A stretch of DNA of 64,000 nucleotides from a virus, in the IMG/VR virus record IMGVR_UViG_3300025274_001348, positions 20,543 to 84,542 of that record, one strand, 5' to 3'. The position numbers were made by a program, and so were the translations under genes. The notes beneath the pieces were generated by a model. The model did no database searches. It saw nothing but the letters and a program-made list of their open reading frames with translations, and was not told where the DNA came from. Below are positions 16,720-26,575 of this stretch, piece after piece. Each line of letters begins with the position of its first letter. The first letter of the stretch is position 1.

Positions 16720-18921
16720 ATGAAACTGCAAAAGAACGCTAACCTAATTGAAAGGTCGCAGAAGTTCGAGGAAACGAACTACACGATTGAGGCTACAGCA
16801 AAAGCCTTCTCCATTCTCTCGGATGGACTGTACGCGAACAAGATAAGGGCAGTAGTTCGTGAGCTTAGCACAAACGCTTACGACTCACACATCGACGCTG
16901 GCAAGCCTGATGTCCCCTTCGAGGTTCACTTGCCTAATTCAATGGAACCCCATTTTAGCATTCGGGATTTTGGTACAGGTCTTTCGCATGACGATTGCAT
17001 GAACCTGTATACCACCTACTTTCGGTCCAACCGGACTGACAGTAATAAGGCTGTTGGATGTATGGGTCTTGGTAGTAAGTCTCCATTCGCTTATAACGAT
17101 AGCTTTACCGTTGAATCTTTCTTTAATGGCAAGCATCGTACCTACAGTGCTTATAAGAATGAGCAAGAGGAGCCAGTATTTGCTTTGCTCCATGAAAAGG
17201 ATACCAGCGAACCTAACGGTTTGAGGGTTAGCTTCCCTGTCCAGTCTCATGCTTATGATAATGACTTTGACAGGTTTAAAGATGAGGCTGGAGAACTTTA
17301 CGCCTACTTCAAAGTCCAGCCCAAGGTCACTGGCCAAAGTATCGAAGTTGAACCAGTTAACTATATCCTTGAAGGTGATGGTTGGGCTGTTCATGACGGT
17401 AGTGGTCCCAATTACCACTGTAGTGCTATCATGGGACAAGTCTGTTACGAGATTGACCAAGATGCTATGGGTGATTACCCTCAAGAGATCAAGCCAGTAT
17501 TGATGTCAAAGATGGATCTGTTCTTCGATATTGGTGAAATTAATATCACTCCTTCCCGTGAATCTCTTAGCTATAATGAATTCACCCAGAAGGCTATCAT
17601 CAAAAAGTGTCAAGAGGTTCTGGAACAGGCTGCTGGTATTGTTGAGGAGTCAATTAAGAACGCTGAAACACTCTGGGATGCTAGGAAGATGTTTGTTGAT
17701 ATTGTTGATTCCGATCAAAAGTTTGGTAGAATCGGTCAAAGTATCAATAAGGAAAATGCTGAATGGCAAGGTCAGAAGCTATTTTCTGAGAGTACCACAT
17801 GGGGATATCATATTCCCACTGGAGGTATTGATGGCCTAACTGTAGTTATGTATTACAGAGATGGGTGGAAAGAGGCAGTTCAGCGAGACAGCAAAACTGG
17901 CATCGCTCCTAGAGGCAATTATGTTATCTATGTGGATGATCTTAAACGAGGGGCTATTGGCAGAACCAAGCAACTCGTTAAGGATAATACTACCCACAAC
18001 AGGTGGGGAAGTTCTGACAACTCCTTTAGGGTCTACCTGATTAAAGGTAGCGACGAAGCTATCCAACGGGTTAAGGATAAGTTGGGATGTAAAGATAGCG
18101 ATATTCTTCTTGCATCTGATCTACCTAGACCGGATACTAGTGGTTCTTACTCTGATACAGAGGCTAGGACTAAGATTGCTGTTTGGAATGGTGGTACTTA
18201 TGGCTGGAGAGATGCTAACAACTGGGATGATGTAACTATAGACCTCAAGGAAGGTGGTTACTTTGTAGAGATCAATAGGTACAAGTTCAAAAACCCGAAA
18301 CGACCATACGGTTCTTTCTCCTCAAGGACTGGTACTTTTCAGACCATCATTAATAAGTGTGACAAACTTGGCATCGACATTGATAAAATCTATGGTGTTA
18401 AGTCAGCAGTCATGAAGACCAAGAAGTTTCGTGATCTAGAGAAAGCAGGTGTTTGGGTTAACATCTTTGACAAAGTTGAAGAAATTGTTGAAGATCATCT
18501 TGACCATAAAGGCTACCGCACTATAATTGGAATGAGAGAAGGTCGCTCTGACCTGTTCCGTTATGGTAATCACAATCTGGATTACGATGAGGTCTTGGCA
18601 TTCGCTAAGTTGACCGAGACAGATAATGATCTCAAGAACTTCATGAAGCTCTATGAGGAAGAACAAGTAGAAGAGAGTGAAGAATATAGAGCAGTTCTAA
18701 CCTTGTTGAACTGTGCGGAAATGAAAGTAGAGAAAATCAGTAACGGTATTAAGAAGGAGGATTTTGACAAAGCGGAGAAGGCATTATGGGAGAAGTATCC
18801 CCTTGTCAAAGCCGTGTGCCATAACTTTGCTTCAAATCATTTCGATAAGCCGAGTGAAGCTATCAAAGAGTTGGTACGATACGTAGACTTGAAGGAGAAG
18901 GAAGCCAATGAAGCGAATTAA
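16720..18921 (+). CDS. rIIA: rIIA-like protein (N-terminal GHKL/Hsp90-like ATPase domain)
   Basis: AFSILSDGLYANKIRAVVRELSTNAYDSH, IRDFGTGLS, GCMGLGSKSPFAY, ITPSRESLSY. Confidence 0.88.
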   Translation: MKLQKNANLIERSQKFEETNYTIEATAKAFSILSDGLYANKIRAVVRELSTNAYDSHIDAGKPDVPFEVHLPNSMEPHFSIRDFGTGLSHDDCMNLYTTYFRSNRTDSNKAVGCMGLGSKSPFAYNDSFTVESFFNGKHRTYSAYKNEQEEPVFALLHEKDTSEPNGLRVSFPVQSHAYDNDFDRFKDEAGELYAYFKVQPKVTGQSIEVEPVNYILEGDGWAVHDGSGPNYHCSAIMGQVCYEIDQDAMGDYPQEIKPVLMSKMDLFFDIGEINITPSRESLSYNEFTQKAIIKKCQEVLEQAAGIVEESIKNAETLWDARKMFVDIVDSDQKFGRIGQSINKENAEWQGQKLFSESTTWGYHIPTGGIDGLTVVMYYRDGWKEAVQRDSKTGIAPRGNYVIYVDDLKRGAIGRTKQLVKDNTTHNRWGSSDNSFRVYLIKGSDEAIQRVKDKLGCKDSDILLASDLPRPDTSGSYSDTEARTKIAVWNGGTYGWRDANNWDDVTIDLKEGGYFVEINRYKFKNPKRPYGSFSSRTGTFQTIINKCDKLGIDIDKIYGVKSAVMKTKKFRDLEKAGVWVNIFDKVEEIVEDHLDHKGYRTIIGMREGRSDLFRYGNHNLDYDEVLAFAKLTETDNDLKNFMKLYEEEQVEESEEYRAVLTLLNCAEMKVEKISNGIKKEDFDKAEKALWEKYPLVKAVCHNFASNHFDKPSEAIKELVRYVDLKEKEANEAN

Positions 18922-19201
18922 CGGACATATCAGTATAATTTATGCAGCGGGTCTTGTAGGCTGCGTTTACCTTGGATATCTTATTGGAGGAATCAGTGCG
19001 ACTGAAGTTGAAGTAGGAAAACAAGAGGCTCCTGTAAACAGTTTTCACAACAGGAAATTAATCAGGGAGATTGTGGCACAGAACAAGGTCATTATTAAGC
19101 ATCAAGAAAAGGTGGAAAAGATCGTGGAGTATCTATTCAAGTATGAGCTTGGCACTCCCGTTCCAAGGTTTGAAGAAGAAGGAAAAGAAGATGAGAATTA
19201 G
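18908..19201 (+). CDS. Membrane-anchored hypothetical protein
   Basis: N-terminal TM helix; overlaps the rIIA stop. Confidence 0.55.
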   Translation: MKRINGHISIIYAAGLVGCVYLGYLIGGISATEVEVGKQEAPVNSFHNRKLIREIVAQNKVIIKHQEKVEKIVEYLFKYELGTPVPRFEEEGKEDEN

Positions 19202-19412
19202 TGGAAAGAGTTTTGGTGAATTGAAGGACGTTTTGAGTACGGCTTTGAACAGTGACATTGAGTTCACTTACAACGATAAGCCCCGTCACGGTGAGTTGGT
19301 TGACTTTGGTGTTGGTCCGCATGGTGCGTTCTTCACTATCGAGAATGATGTAGATACTAAGTCGTTTAGCGTCAACAAGGTTAGCGGTCTTAAGATTAGC
19401 CAGTCTGCGTAA
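19191..19412 (+). CDS. Small WYL/Sm-fold-like protein
   Basis: IEFTYNDKPR...KSFSVNKV resembles the WYL pattern (FxY...R...RxFRxDRI); weak. Confidence 0.45.
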   Translation: MRISGKSFGELKDVLSTALNSDIEFTYNDKPRHGELVDFGVGPHGAFFTIENDVDTKSFSVNKVSGLKISQSA

Positions 19413-19430
19413 CTTAAAAAGGTATTGAAA

Positions 19431-20297
19431 ATGAATTACATTGTAAGCGGTAACGGAACTATGACAATCGTTGTGAACAACGAGAGTCACACAGTTGGAC
19501 ATGACCATCCTAATTACATGGCAATTAAGGAATGCCTTGGTAACAACGATGAAGCTACTTTGATCCCGTTGCTCGACATCCCTAAGTCAATCCTCAATTA
19601 CACTGAGGGAAAGGTTGATATCAAGGACGGTATCCTTCAGTATGATGATGAGGAGATTCATAACGCGCTAACGGATCGTGTTATGCAAATGATGAGGGAT
19701 GGATTCCCGTTTAAGCCGATGCTTAATTTCTTGGCTAATGTGCTTGAGAATCCCAGCAACCGTGCTGTGGAGGAATTGTATACATTCCTTGAGCATAAGA
19801 ATTTGCCCATTACGGAAGATGGGTGTTTTCTGGCATACAAGGCTGTTACTCATGACTACAAGGACAAGTGGACTGGCGACATTGATAACAGTGTTGGTCA
19901 GCAAGTAGGCATGAAGCGCCGTAAGGTGAATGACAACTGCGACGTTGGTTGCAGCGAGGGTCTCCACTGTGGCGCAATCGAGTATGTCGAAGGCTACAGT
20001 CGTATTACTGGTGATCCAAACACTGATGATAAAGTGGTCATCGTTAAGGTGAACCCCAAGGACGTTGTTTCTGTGCCTCTCGATTCTGAGTGCCAGAAGG
20101 TTCGTACTTGTGCATACGAAGTGGTTGCTGATTACGATGGGCCGCTTCAGCAAGTTGTTCATCATTCTGATAGCAAAGAATGGAGTCAGGATGACTTCGC
20201 TAACTTCATGGCTACTCTCATGGGTAGTAACGAAGACGTTGAGGAATGTGATGAGCAGGACTGGACCGATCATGGGTATGATCCTGACCTCAACTGA
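19431..20297 (+). CDS. rIIB: rIIB-like protein
   Basis: NPSNRAVEELYTFL, PITEDGCFLAYKAV, CSEGLH, VKVNPKDVVSVP, KVRTCAYEV. Confidence 0.9.
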   Translation: MNYIVSGNGTMTIVVNNESHTVGHDHPNYMAIKECLGNNDEATLIPLLDIPKSILNYTEGKVDIKDGILQYDDEEIHNALTDRVMQMMRDGFPFKPMLNFLANVLENPSNRAVEELYTFLEHKNLPITEDGCFLAYKAVTHDYKDKWTGDIDNSVGQQVGMKRRKVNDNCDVGCSEGLHCGAIEYVEGYSRITGDPNTDDKVVIVKVNPKDVVSVPLDSECQKVRTCAYEVVADYDGPLQQVVHHSDSKEWSQDDFANFMATLMGSNEDVEECDEQDWTDHGYDPDLN

Positions 20298-20309
20298 GAG
20301 GAGGGACAT

Positions 20310-20768
20310 ATGCAGGATATGCCCCATGTTGTTGGTATAGATGGGTTTCTCGGTTTTGTCTATGTCATGATAGCCATTATCGGTTTTTGGTATGGTGTTT
20401 GCCAAGGATTTCGCTCTATGAAAGAACCCTTATATATCACCCTGACAGAAGAAGAAAAGGATCACACACCTTTCTGTAATGACGATTGGGACACGATTTG
20501 TCGATCAGCTATTGAAGGAGCAAAAGATGGCAATCATCGTGACAGACAATGGGTTATGGAAAACGTCATCAGTACCCATGAGGTAGATAAGGAGGAACCG
20601 GAAGACGAGAAGCCCAAGACGAGTGAGCAAGTAATTAATGATACTATTGCAACACTCAGATCTATGGGTCATAAAGCTGCCGAAGCTAAGAAGCTCGTTA
20701 TGGATCTTGCTTCTAAGAAGGTTTACCACAGTGCCGAAGAGTTGTTAGTAGATGTATATAAAAGGTAA
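20310..20768 (+). CDS. Membrane protein with C-terminal RuvA-domain-III-like helical motif
   Basis: N-terminal TM helix; DTIATLRSMGHKAAEAKKLV...AEELL. Confidence 0.55.
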   Translation: MQDMPHVVGIDGFLGFVYVMIAIIGFWYGVCQGFRSMKEPLYITLTEEEKDHTPFCNDDWDTICRSAIEGAKDGNHRDRQWVMENVISTHEVDKEEPEDEKPKTSEQVINDTIATLRSMGHKAAEAKKLVMDLASKKVYHSAEELLVDVYKR

Positions 20769-20779
20769 ACCTCAACCAG

Positions 20780-20815
20780 CAGGTTCGCCCCCGTAAGGGG
20801 GCGTTCCTGTTTTTT
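20780..20815 (+). terminator. Rho-independent terminator
   Basis: CGCCCCC-GTAA-GGGGGCG hairpin plus T-tract. Confidence 0.85.
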
Positions 20816-20833
20816 GTTTTACTGGAGTAAGAA

Positions 20834-21400
20834 ATGAATAGATTAAAAGGTATGACTTGTTATCTATGCGGCGCGATGGATCGCGTGTCTGATGGGGGCG
20901 AAGGATGGCGAGAATGGATCACTCCTCATCTTTACGATCTTGGGGTAGGCGTGTATAATCCTTGTAACAAGCCTAGTGATTTCGCACCAGAAGACGAGAA
21001 CACTAGGAACGCCATTAATTATTACAAGGAGATGGGCAACCATGAGAAGGTTGCTGAAATAATGAAACCTATTTGCGCAGTTGATCTACGCATGGTAGAC
21101 ATCGCGCACTTTCTAGTAATGAGCCTAGATTTAGATGTGCATATGTGTGGATCATATCATGAAGCATTCATGGCGGTGTTTCAAAAGAAGCCCGTACTCA
21201 TCATGTGTGAGCAGGGTAAGAACGCTCTTCCTAATTGGCTGTATGGAGTCATGCCAAACGAAACCATGTTTTCTAGCTGGGAAGACTTACTTAATTACCT
21301 AGAACACATTAACAGTGCAGAAGAAGTAGACCATCTAGATAGATGGAGGTTTTTCGATTTCGAGAAAGTATATGGAGTAGCTGATGGTACGACAACTTAG
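20834..21400 (+). CDS. Nucleoside 2-deoxyribosyltransferase-like protein
   Basis: YLCGAMD...WRE...NP...DLRMVD...GSYHE...KKPV. Confidence 0.75.
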   Translation: MNRLKGMTCYLCGAMDRVSDGGEGWREWITPHLYDLGVGVYNPCNKPSDFAPEDENTRNAINYYKEMGNHEKVAEIMKPICAVDLRMVDIAHFLVMSLDLDVHMCGSYHEAFMAVFQKKPVLIMCEQGKNALPNWLYGVMPNETMFSSWEDLLNYLEHINSAEEVDHLDRWRFFDFEKVYGVADGTTT

Positions 21401-21641
21401 GCAGAAAAGGATTATCAAACCGCCAGAGCCTTATAAATATCCTACGAGGTATGGCAGTCATCTATCAATGGTCGATGAAGAAAAGACCGGCGAACTGAAC
21501 AAGGAAAATAAAGTTGTGATTGAGGATGAACATGGTTACTATATAACGGATGAGAGTAGACTCGACAATGGACTAGCAGACCCGAAAAGATATAATTCCA
21601 ACCGTTTAAAATGGTATGAAAAGGAGACACCTAATGTTTGA
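21384..21641 (+). CDS. Hypothetical protein
   Basis: Packed ORF with GGAG SD. Confidence 0.6.
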   Translation: MVRQLRQKRIIKPPEPYKYPTRYGSHLSMVDEEKTGELNKENKVVIEDEHGYYITDESRLDNGLADPKRYNSNRLKWYEKETPNV

Positions 21642-22872
21642 CATTCAATTCAACCGGCGAGACTTTATGAAGGTGGGGGGCATTAGTACTGGTCTTGCCT
21701 CTCTAGGATTGTCAGATGACAACGTAGAGAATCTTCCCAACAATGAAAAGTCGGTAGTCTGGTTATGGCTAGGCGGTGGAGCAACTCATGTTGAGACATT
21801 TGATCCTAAACCAATGGCTCCAGTGGAGGTAAGATCCACTACTGGTTCGGTTATGACTAACGGAGACTTTCTCCTTGGCGGCAACTTCCTTAAGATGGCC
21901 ACTAGGGGCGATAAGATCGCTGTAGTTAGATCGTTTGCCCACAGCAACTCTAGTCATAGAACTGGTACTCATTGGGTAATGACTGGACATAACTCGACTG
22001 ACAATACTCCACAGTCAATGCAGCAAGAGCCGTCCTATGGTTCTATCATGTCATCGGTGTATGGAGCTAATCATCCGACAACCGGAATGCCTTCCTACGT
22101 CAAGGTTAATGGTATTTCTTTTGACGGTCCAGCTTGGTTAGGTGGTCAGTATAAGCCTTACGGAGCAAGCGGTGAGGGCGTTGAAAACCTTAAGTCAAGA
22201 GTGGAGAACAATCGTTTTCTTCAACGTCGTGATTTAGTTGGTGGACTGGATAAGCTCAAGATTGAAAACGCTCTTGAAATCTGGCCTGACTTGCGTAAGC
22301 AATCTTTTGGTCTTATTCTAGGAAAGGCTAGTGAAGCCTTCGACCTTAAGAAAGAACCAGAACCCAGCCGCAAGAAGTACGGCGGTGGTCTTGGTGAACA
22401 AATGCTTCTAGCCCGTAGGTTAGTTGAAAATGGCACTAGGTTCGTAACCATCCATTACGGTGGATGGGATATGCATAGCAACATTGCTAAGTCCCTTAAT
22501 GGTAGGATGCCTCCACTTGACCATGCTCTGTCTACTTTTATTGATGATTTGTATGATAGAGGTATGAGCAAGAATGTCTTGCTTGTAGTCACTGGTGAAT
22601 TTGGTCGTACCTATCGTGTCAATAAGAATGCTGGTAGAGATCACTGGGCGCAACTTAGCCCACTGATGTTTAGCGGTGGAGATTTTGAAATGGGTAGAGT
22701 AATCGGAGAATCTACGGCTAAGGCAGAAACTCCCAAGAGTGAACCCTTTGGGCCAAAAGATGTTACCGCTACTATGTTTGCTCACTTCGGTATTGATCCT
22801 CAATTGCAGAAGATTGATTTCGCTGGTCGTCCAAGATATTTCGTGGAAAGTGATGCAAAGGTAATCCTGTGA
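21634..22872 (+). CDS. DUF1501-family (sulfatase-associated) protein with Tat motif
   Basis: NRRDFMKVG; WLGGGATHVETFDPKP; LLARRLVENGTRFV; GGWDMH; GEFGRT; GRDHW. Confidence 0.9.
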   Translation: MFDIQFNRRDFMKVGGISTGLASLGLSDDNVENLPNNEKSVVWLWLGGGATHVETFDPKPMAPVEVRSTTGSVMTNGDFLLGGNFLKMATRGDKIAVVRSFAHSNSSHRTGTHWVMTGHNSTDNTPQSMQQEPSYGSIMSSVYGANHPTTGMPSYVKVNGISFDGPAWLGGQYKPYGASGEGVENLKSRVENNRFLQRRDLVGGLDKLKIENALEIWPDLRKQSFGLILGKASEAFDLKKEPEPSRKKYGGGLGEQMLLARRLVENGTRFVTIHYGGWDMHSNIAKSLNGRMPPLDHALSTFIDDLYDRGMSKNVLLVVTGEFGRTYRVNKNAGRDHWAQLSPLMFSGGDFEMGRVIGESTAKAETPKSEPFGPKDVTATMFAHFGIDPQLQKIDFAGRPRYFVESDAKVIL

Positions 22873-23204
22873 TAACCCTGACAGAGAAAGCAATCAAAGA
22901 GGTCAGGAAAGTGATGCAAGACCTTCCCGAAGCAACCAACAGGCTGCTACGGGTTGGTGTTGCTGGTGGTGGATGCTCTGGGTTTGAATACAAACTGGGG
23001 TTTGTAGAACAGTCAGAGTATTCAGAAAAAACCCATAACAAGTATGAGCAGGATGGGTTGACCATGATAGTCGAAAAGAAAGCTGAACTGTTTATTGACG
23101 GTACTACTATCGACTGGATAGAGGACTTATCTAAACGTGGATTTGCTTTTAACAACCCTAATGCCGCAAGTAGCTGTGGTTGTGGGGAGAGTTTTAGTGT
23201 CTAG
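22869..23204 (+). CDS. iscA: A-type Fe-S cluster carrier (IscA/ErpA/HesB)
   Basis: ITLTEKA, GGGCSGFEY, NPNAASSCGCGESF. Confidence 0.93.
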   Translation: MITLTEKAIKEVRKVMQDLPEATNRLLRVGVAGGGCSGFEYKLGFVEQSEYSEKTHNKYEQDGLTMIVEKKAELFIDGTTIDWIEDLSKRGFAFNNPNAASSCGCGESFSV

Positions 23205-23345
23205 ACTTGACTTAGGCTTCAATTTTAATTGTCGGTTTTTTGCCTCGGTATTTACGTGGTCGGCGCTTGTCTCAATGATTATGAATGAGTTTGTACCATC
23301 TTATTCAACTGAGATACTACTATGGTGCTGTGTTAACTGCTATAT

Positions 23346-23576
23346 ATGGGAAGGAAGAACGCCTACTATAAAATGAAAGAGTATCCCAATAGAGCTACAC
23401 ATATAATTTGCGATTACATTGAGAATGTGGGGTTGAATGGGCCATTTGAGTCTATTCAACCCCATATTCGTATGTTGTGCAAAGAAGCTAAAAAGGCACA
23501 CCCCTTTTTAGGAATGTGCGCAAAAAATATCTACAACAATGCGGAATGGAATTTCATCAAACAATACTTCAAGTAA
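23346..23576 (+). CDS. Hypothetical protein
   Basis: ORF ending just before a terminator. Confidence 0.45.
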   Translation: MGRKNAYYKMKEYPNRATHIICDYIENVGLNGPFESIQPHIRMLCKEAKKAHPFLGMCAKNIYNNAEWNFIKQYFK

Positions 23577-23577
23577 A

Positions 23578-23606
23578 AGCGGCATCTTTTGCCGCTGTTT
23601 CTTTTT
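23578..23606 (+). terminator. Rho-independent terminator
   Basis: AGCGGCA/TGCCGCT hairpin plus T-rich tail. Confidence 0.7.
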
Positions 23607-23659
23607 GTTCCTGCCCAGCCTTCCCGATGGTTACGAACCCCTTACGAGTCAGTAAAATC

Positions 23660-24622
23660 ATGAACGAGTTTTTAAAAGAAGATATCATTAACGTAAAGTC
23701 TTGGTTTGACTTAGGTGATTGTAATTACGAACACGATCATAAAGACGACTCAATACCAGATTCTGGTGTTGTGTATTGCAATATAGAACACATACACAAA
23801 TTTTTCAAGAAATGTGAATCTACTGTAAATAATTATGTTGTAGTTAGTGGGTTTAGCGACTATGGTGTTGCATACCAACAACAACACCCAGTTGGAGTTG
23901 ACATGCTAAAATGGATTCCGTTTGTAGAACATATGATACCTGAACTTGGATACAACCCATTAGTTATACCACCAAGATGTGATACAGATAATTGTGATTT
24001 AAACGACACTTATTCCGTGAAGTGTTATTCCCACACAATGTCAACTTTTAAAGGCATACCTTCAAATGTTACAAAATGGTTTTTAGTTAATTCTATGCTC
24101 TCTCAGGATAGGATTCAAGGAATACCTCTTGGTATAGGTAAAGATGCTACAGATGATATACTCGCAACCAACCAATACGAATTGTCAGAGACAGATAACT
24201 GGGTTTACGTTAACTGGCAAAACTACACTTTAGAAAGAAAGTACCTGAAATCATTCTTCCTAAGTAATGGTTTTGACTGGGTTACATACGTTGAAGAACC
24301 AAAAGAATTTAAAGAATACTTGGATGAACTTTCCCGACATGTTTACGCTATATGCCCTCCGGGTAATGGTTTGGACTGTTATAGAATTCTAGAATGCATT
24401 TACGTTGGAACCATACCTATAGTGTTCAATAGTCCATGTATGGACTACCTTAAAGATTTACCAATACTAATTATTGACAATTTTGATGAATTAAATATTG
24501 AAAATCTAAAATCACAGTACGAATCAATATCTCAAAAGATGCAGGATTCCGGTGTGGACAAAGCTAAATTTTCGTACTGGAAGAATGAAATTTCCCAAGC
24601 TGCAAGAGCTTTAAATGAGTGA
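23660..24622 (+). CDS. Exostosin-like glycosyltransferase
   Basis: IPLG, ICPPGNGLDCYRILECIYVGTIPIV, DLPIL. Confidence 0.75.
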   Translation: MNEFLKEDIINVKSWFDLGDCNYEHDHKDDSIPDSGVVYCNIEHIHKFFKKCESTVNNYVVVSGFSDYGVAYQQQHPVGVDMLKWIPFVEHMIPELGYNPLVIPPRCDTDNCDLNDTYSVKCYSHTMSTFKGIPSNVTKWFLVNSMLSQDRIQGIPLGIGKDATDDILATNQYELSETDNWVYVNWQNYTLERKYLKSFFLSNGFDWVTYVEEPKEFKEYLDELSRHVYAICPPGNGLDCYRILECIYVGTIPIVFNSPCMDYLKDLPILIIDNFDELNIENLKSQYESISQKMQDSGVDKAKFSYWKNEISQAARALNE

Positions 24623-25688
24623 TGCTATAAATATAATAAGCCCTATCAATCAACTAGGGTACGGTATAGCTGGATTGAACATTGTAAACACCCTGCACAA
24701 AGACGGTTATGAGGTGGGTCTCTCAATAATTGGTCAAGGAGAAGCCCCTCCTGAATATCATCCAATGATAAAGGAGTGTGTAGATAACGCAAAGATGCCA
24801 AATTTCAACGCTCCATGTATTAGAATATGGCATCAGTTTGATATGAGTCAGTTTATCGGCAGGGGCGAAAGAATAGGGTTTCCTATTTTTGAACTTGACA
24901 CTTTTACCGAACAGGAAAAACATCACCTTTCCAGTTTGGACAAAATTTTTGTTTGTAGCCAGTGGGCGAAAAACGTTGTAAAAGAAAACAATATCAAAGT
25001 TGATACTTGCGTAATCCCCCTTGGAGTAAACAGAGATATCTTTTTAAGATCTGACGCCCCGCGTAAAAATACAATCTTCTTCAACTGTGGAAAATGGGAA
25101 AAAAGAAAGGGTCACGATACCCTACCGGAAATTTTTTCCAAAGCTTTTACGTCGGAAGACGACGTGGAATTATGGATGATGTGCGAGAACCCATTTTGTG
25201 GCCCAGAAGAAAATCATGCTTGGGCAGATTCTTATAAGAGGTCTGGATTGGGTGATAAGATAAGACTTATTCCACGCCAGCAGAGCCAAGAAGAGGTGTA
25301 TAATATTATGAAGCAAACCGACTGCGGAGTGTTTCCATCCAGAGCAGAAGGCTGGAATTTAGAGTTATTGGAGATGATGTCCTGTGGCAAACATGTGATC
25401 GCTACCAACTATTCCGCACATACAGAATTTTGCAATAAGGACAATTGTCATCTCGTAGAAATAAACAGCCTAGAGGAAGCTAAAGACGACAAATGGTTTT
25501 TTGGGGGAGGTAATTGGGGATCTATTAAAGAGCTAGAAATAGACCAAATTGTTTCTCATATGCAGGAAATCCACAAACTCAAACAAGAACAAAATCTGAA
25601 AATTAATAGCGCCGGAATTGAAACAGCGGAAAAGTTTTCTTGGAATAATACCGTGAAGGAAATTATATGTGGAATGTCCCAGATATAA
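24615..25688 (+). CDS. Glycosyltransferase (GT-B, family 4-like)
   Basis: GKWEKRKGHD, FPSRAEGWNLELLEMMSCG, TNYSAHTEF. Confidence 0.88.
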   Translation: MSDAINIISPINQLGYGIAGLNIVNTLHKDGYEVGLSIIGQGEAPPEYHPMIKECVDNAKMPNFNAPCIRIWHQFDMSQFIGRGERIGFPIFELDTFTEQEKHHLSSLDKIFVCSQWAKNVVKENNIKVDTCVIPLGVNRDIFLRSDAPRKNTIFFNCGKWEKRKGHDTLPEIFSKAFTSEDDVELWMMCENPFCGPEENHAWADSYKRSGLGDKIRLIPRQQSQEEVYNIMKQTDCGVFPSRAEGWNLELLEMMSCGKHVIATNYSAHTEFCNKDNCHLVEINSLEEAKDDKWFFGGGNWGSIKELEIDQIVSHMQEIHKLKQEQNLKINSAGIETAEKFSWNNTVKEIICGMSQI

Positions 25689-26575
25689 ACGCGATTAAAT
25701 ATTTTTCGATTGTTGATGAAGCACTAACTAATGATGAATTATTCAAAATCTTTAAACGGAATCATGACTACTATTCAATAGTAGGGATGTCATGTCAATC
25801 AGAGGCGGAATGGATGATAGGCAAACTGAAAGATAACGATGATATAAGCCTGAACATAGAAAAATTCAAGAGAAATGATACGATAGGTGATCCCGAATTA
25901 TTTGAATCAAAAGAGTACGGTTTAATTTCTGCCAACACTGTAAGATATATTAACTCGTTACAAAATATACAAAAACATATAGGAAGTCTTCACGGGAAAG
26001 ACATCGTTGAGATTGGAGTGGGGTATGGTGGCCTCTGTTACATCCTGTCCACTTTTTACAACATTAAATCGTACAGACTAGTAGACGTGCCTAACGTGGC
26101 TTTGCTTGCGGTAAAATATTTGAGAGCTTTGGGATTGAATACAAGTCTTGTAACAGAAAGAAGCATAGAAGTCAATTTTGACCACAAAACCTCAGTGATT
26201 CCCAAACACTTTGATACCCATCTTACTCCTAGTATTGTTGATACAATATCCGAAAATGGTAGAGAACCTAGAGTTGATTTTGTCAACCCCTCTGTGTCCA
26301 ACACCCTGAACCGCTCTCCAGATCTATTTATAAGCGAGTATTGTATTTCGGAAATGAACGACGATGGTATAGATCATTTTTACGAGAACTACATTCAGCG
26401 CTCTAAAAACATTTATATCTTTTCAAACCTGTGGGATAAAAAAAGGAAAGAACAATTCTTATCTAAACTAGGTGAAAAATTCAACCTAACCGTGTTTGAT
26501 GATCCTCTACCTCACGAAACAAAAATTTGTCCCGAGAAAACGAACTACATAATAATGGGAAAAAGGAGACTATAA
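25667..26575 (+). CDS. Putative sugar O-methyltransferase
   Basis: IVEIGVGYGGL SAM motif; ISEYCISE. Confidence 0.75.
   Translation: MWNVPDINAIKYFSIVDEALTNDELFKIFKRNHDYYSIVGMSCQSEAEWMIGKLKDNDDISLNIEKFKRNDTIGDPELFESKEYGLISANTVRYINSLQNIQKHIGSLHGKDIVEIGVGYGGLCYILSTFYNIKSYRLVDVPNVALLAVKYLRALGLNTSLVTERSIEVNFDHKTSVIPKHFDTHLTPSIVDTISENGREPRVDFVNPSVSNTLNRSPDLFISEYCISEMNDDGIDHFYENYIQRSKNIYIFSNLWDKKRKEQFLSKLGEKFNLTVFDDPLPHETKICPEKTNYIIMGKRRL

Noticed and set aside
19668-20405. Long minus-strand ORFs (245 aa here; also 16939-17484, 22420-22893, 53549-54190)
   Set aside because: Antisense shadows of well-supported + strand genes; no recognisable motifs
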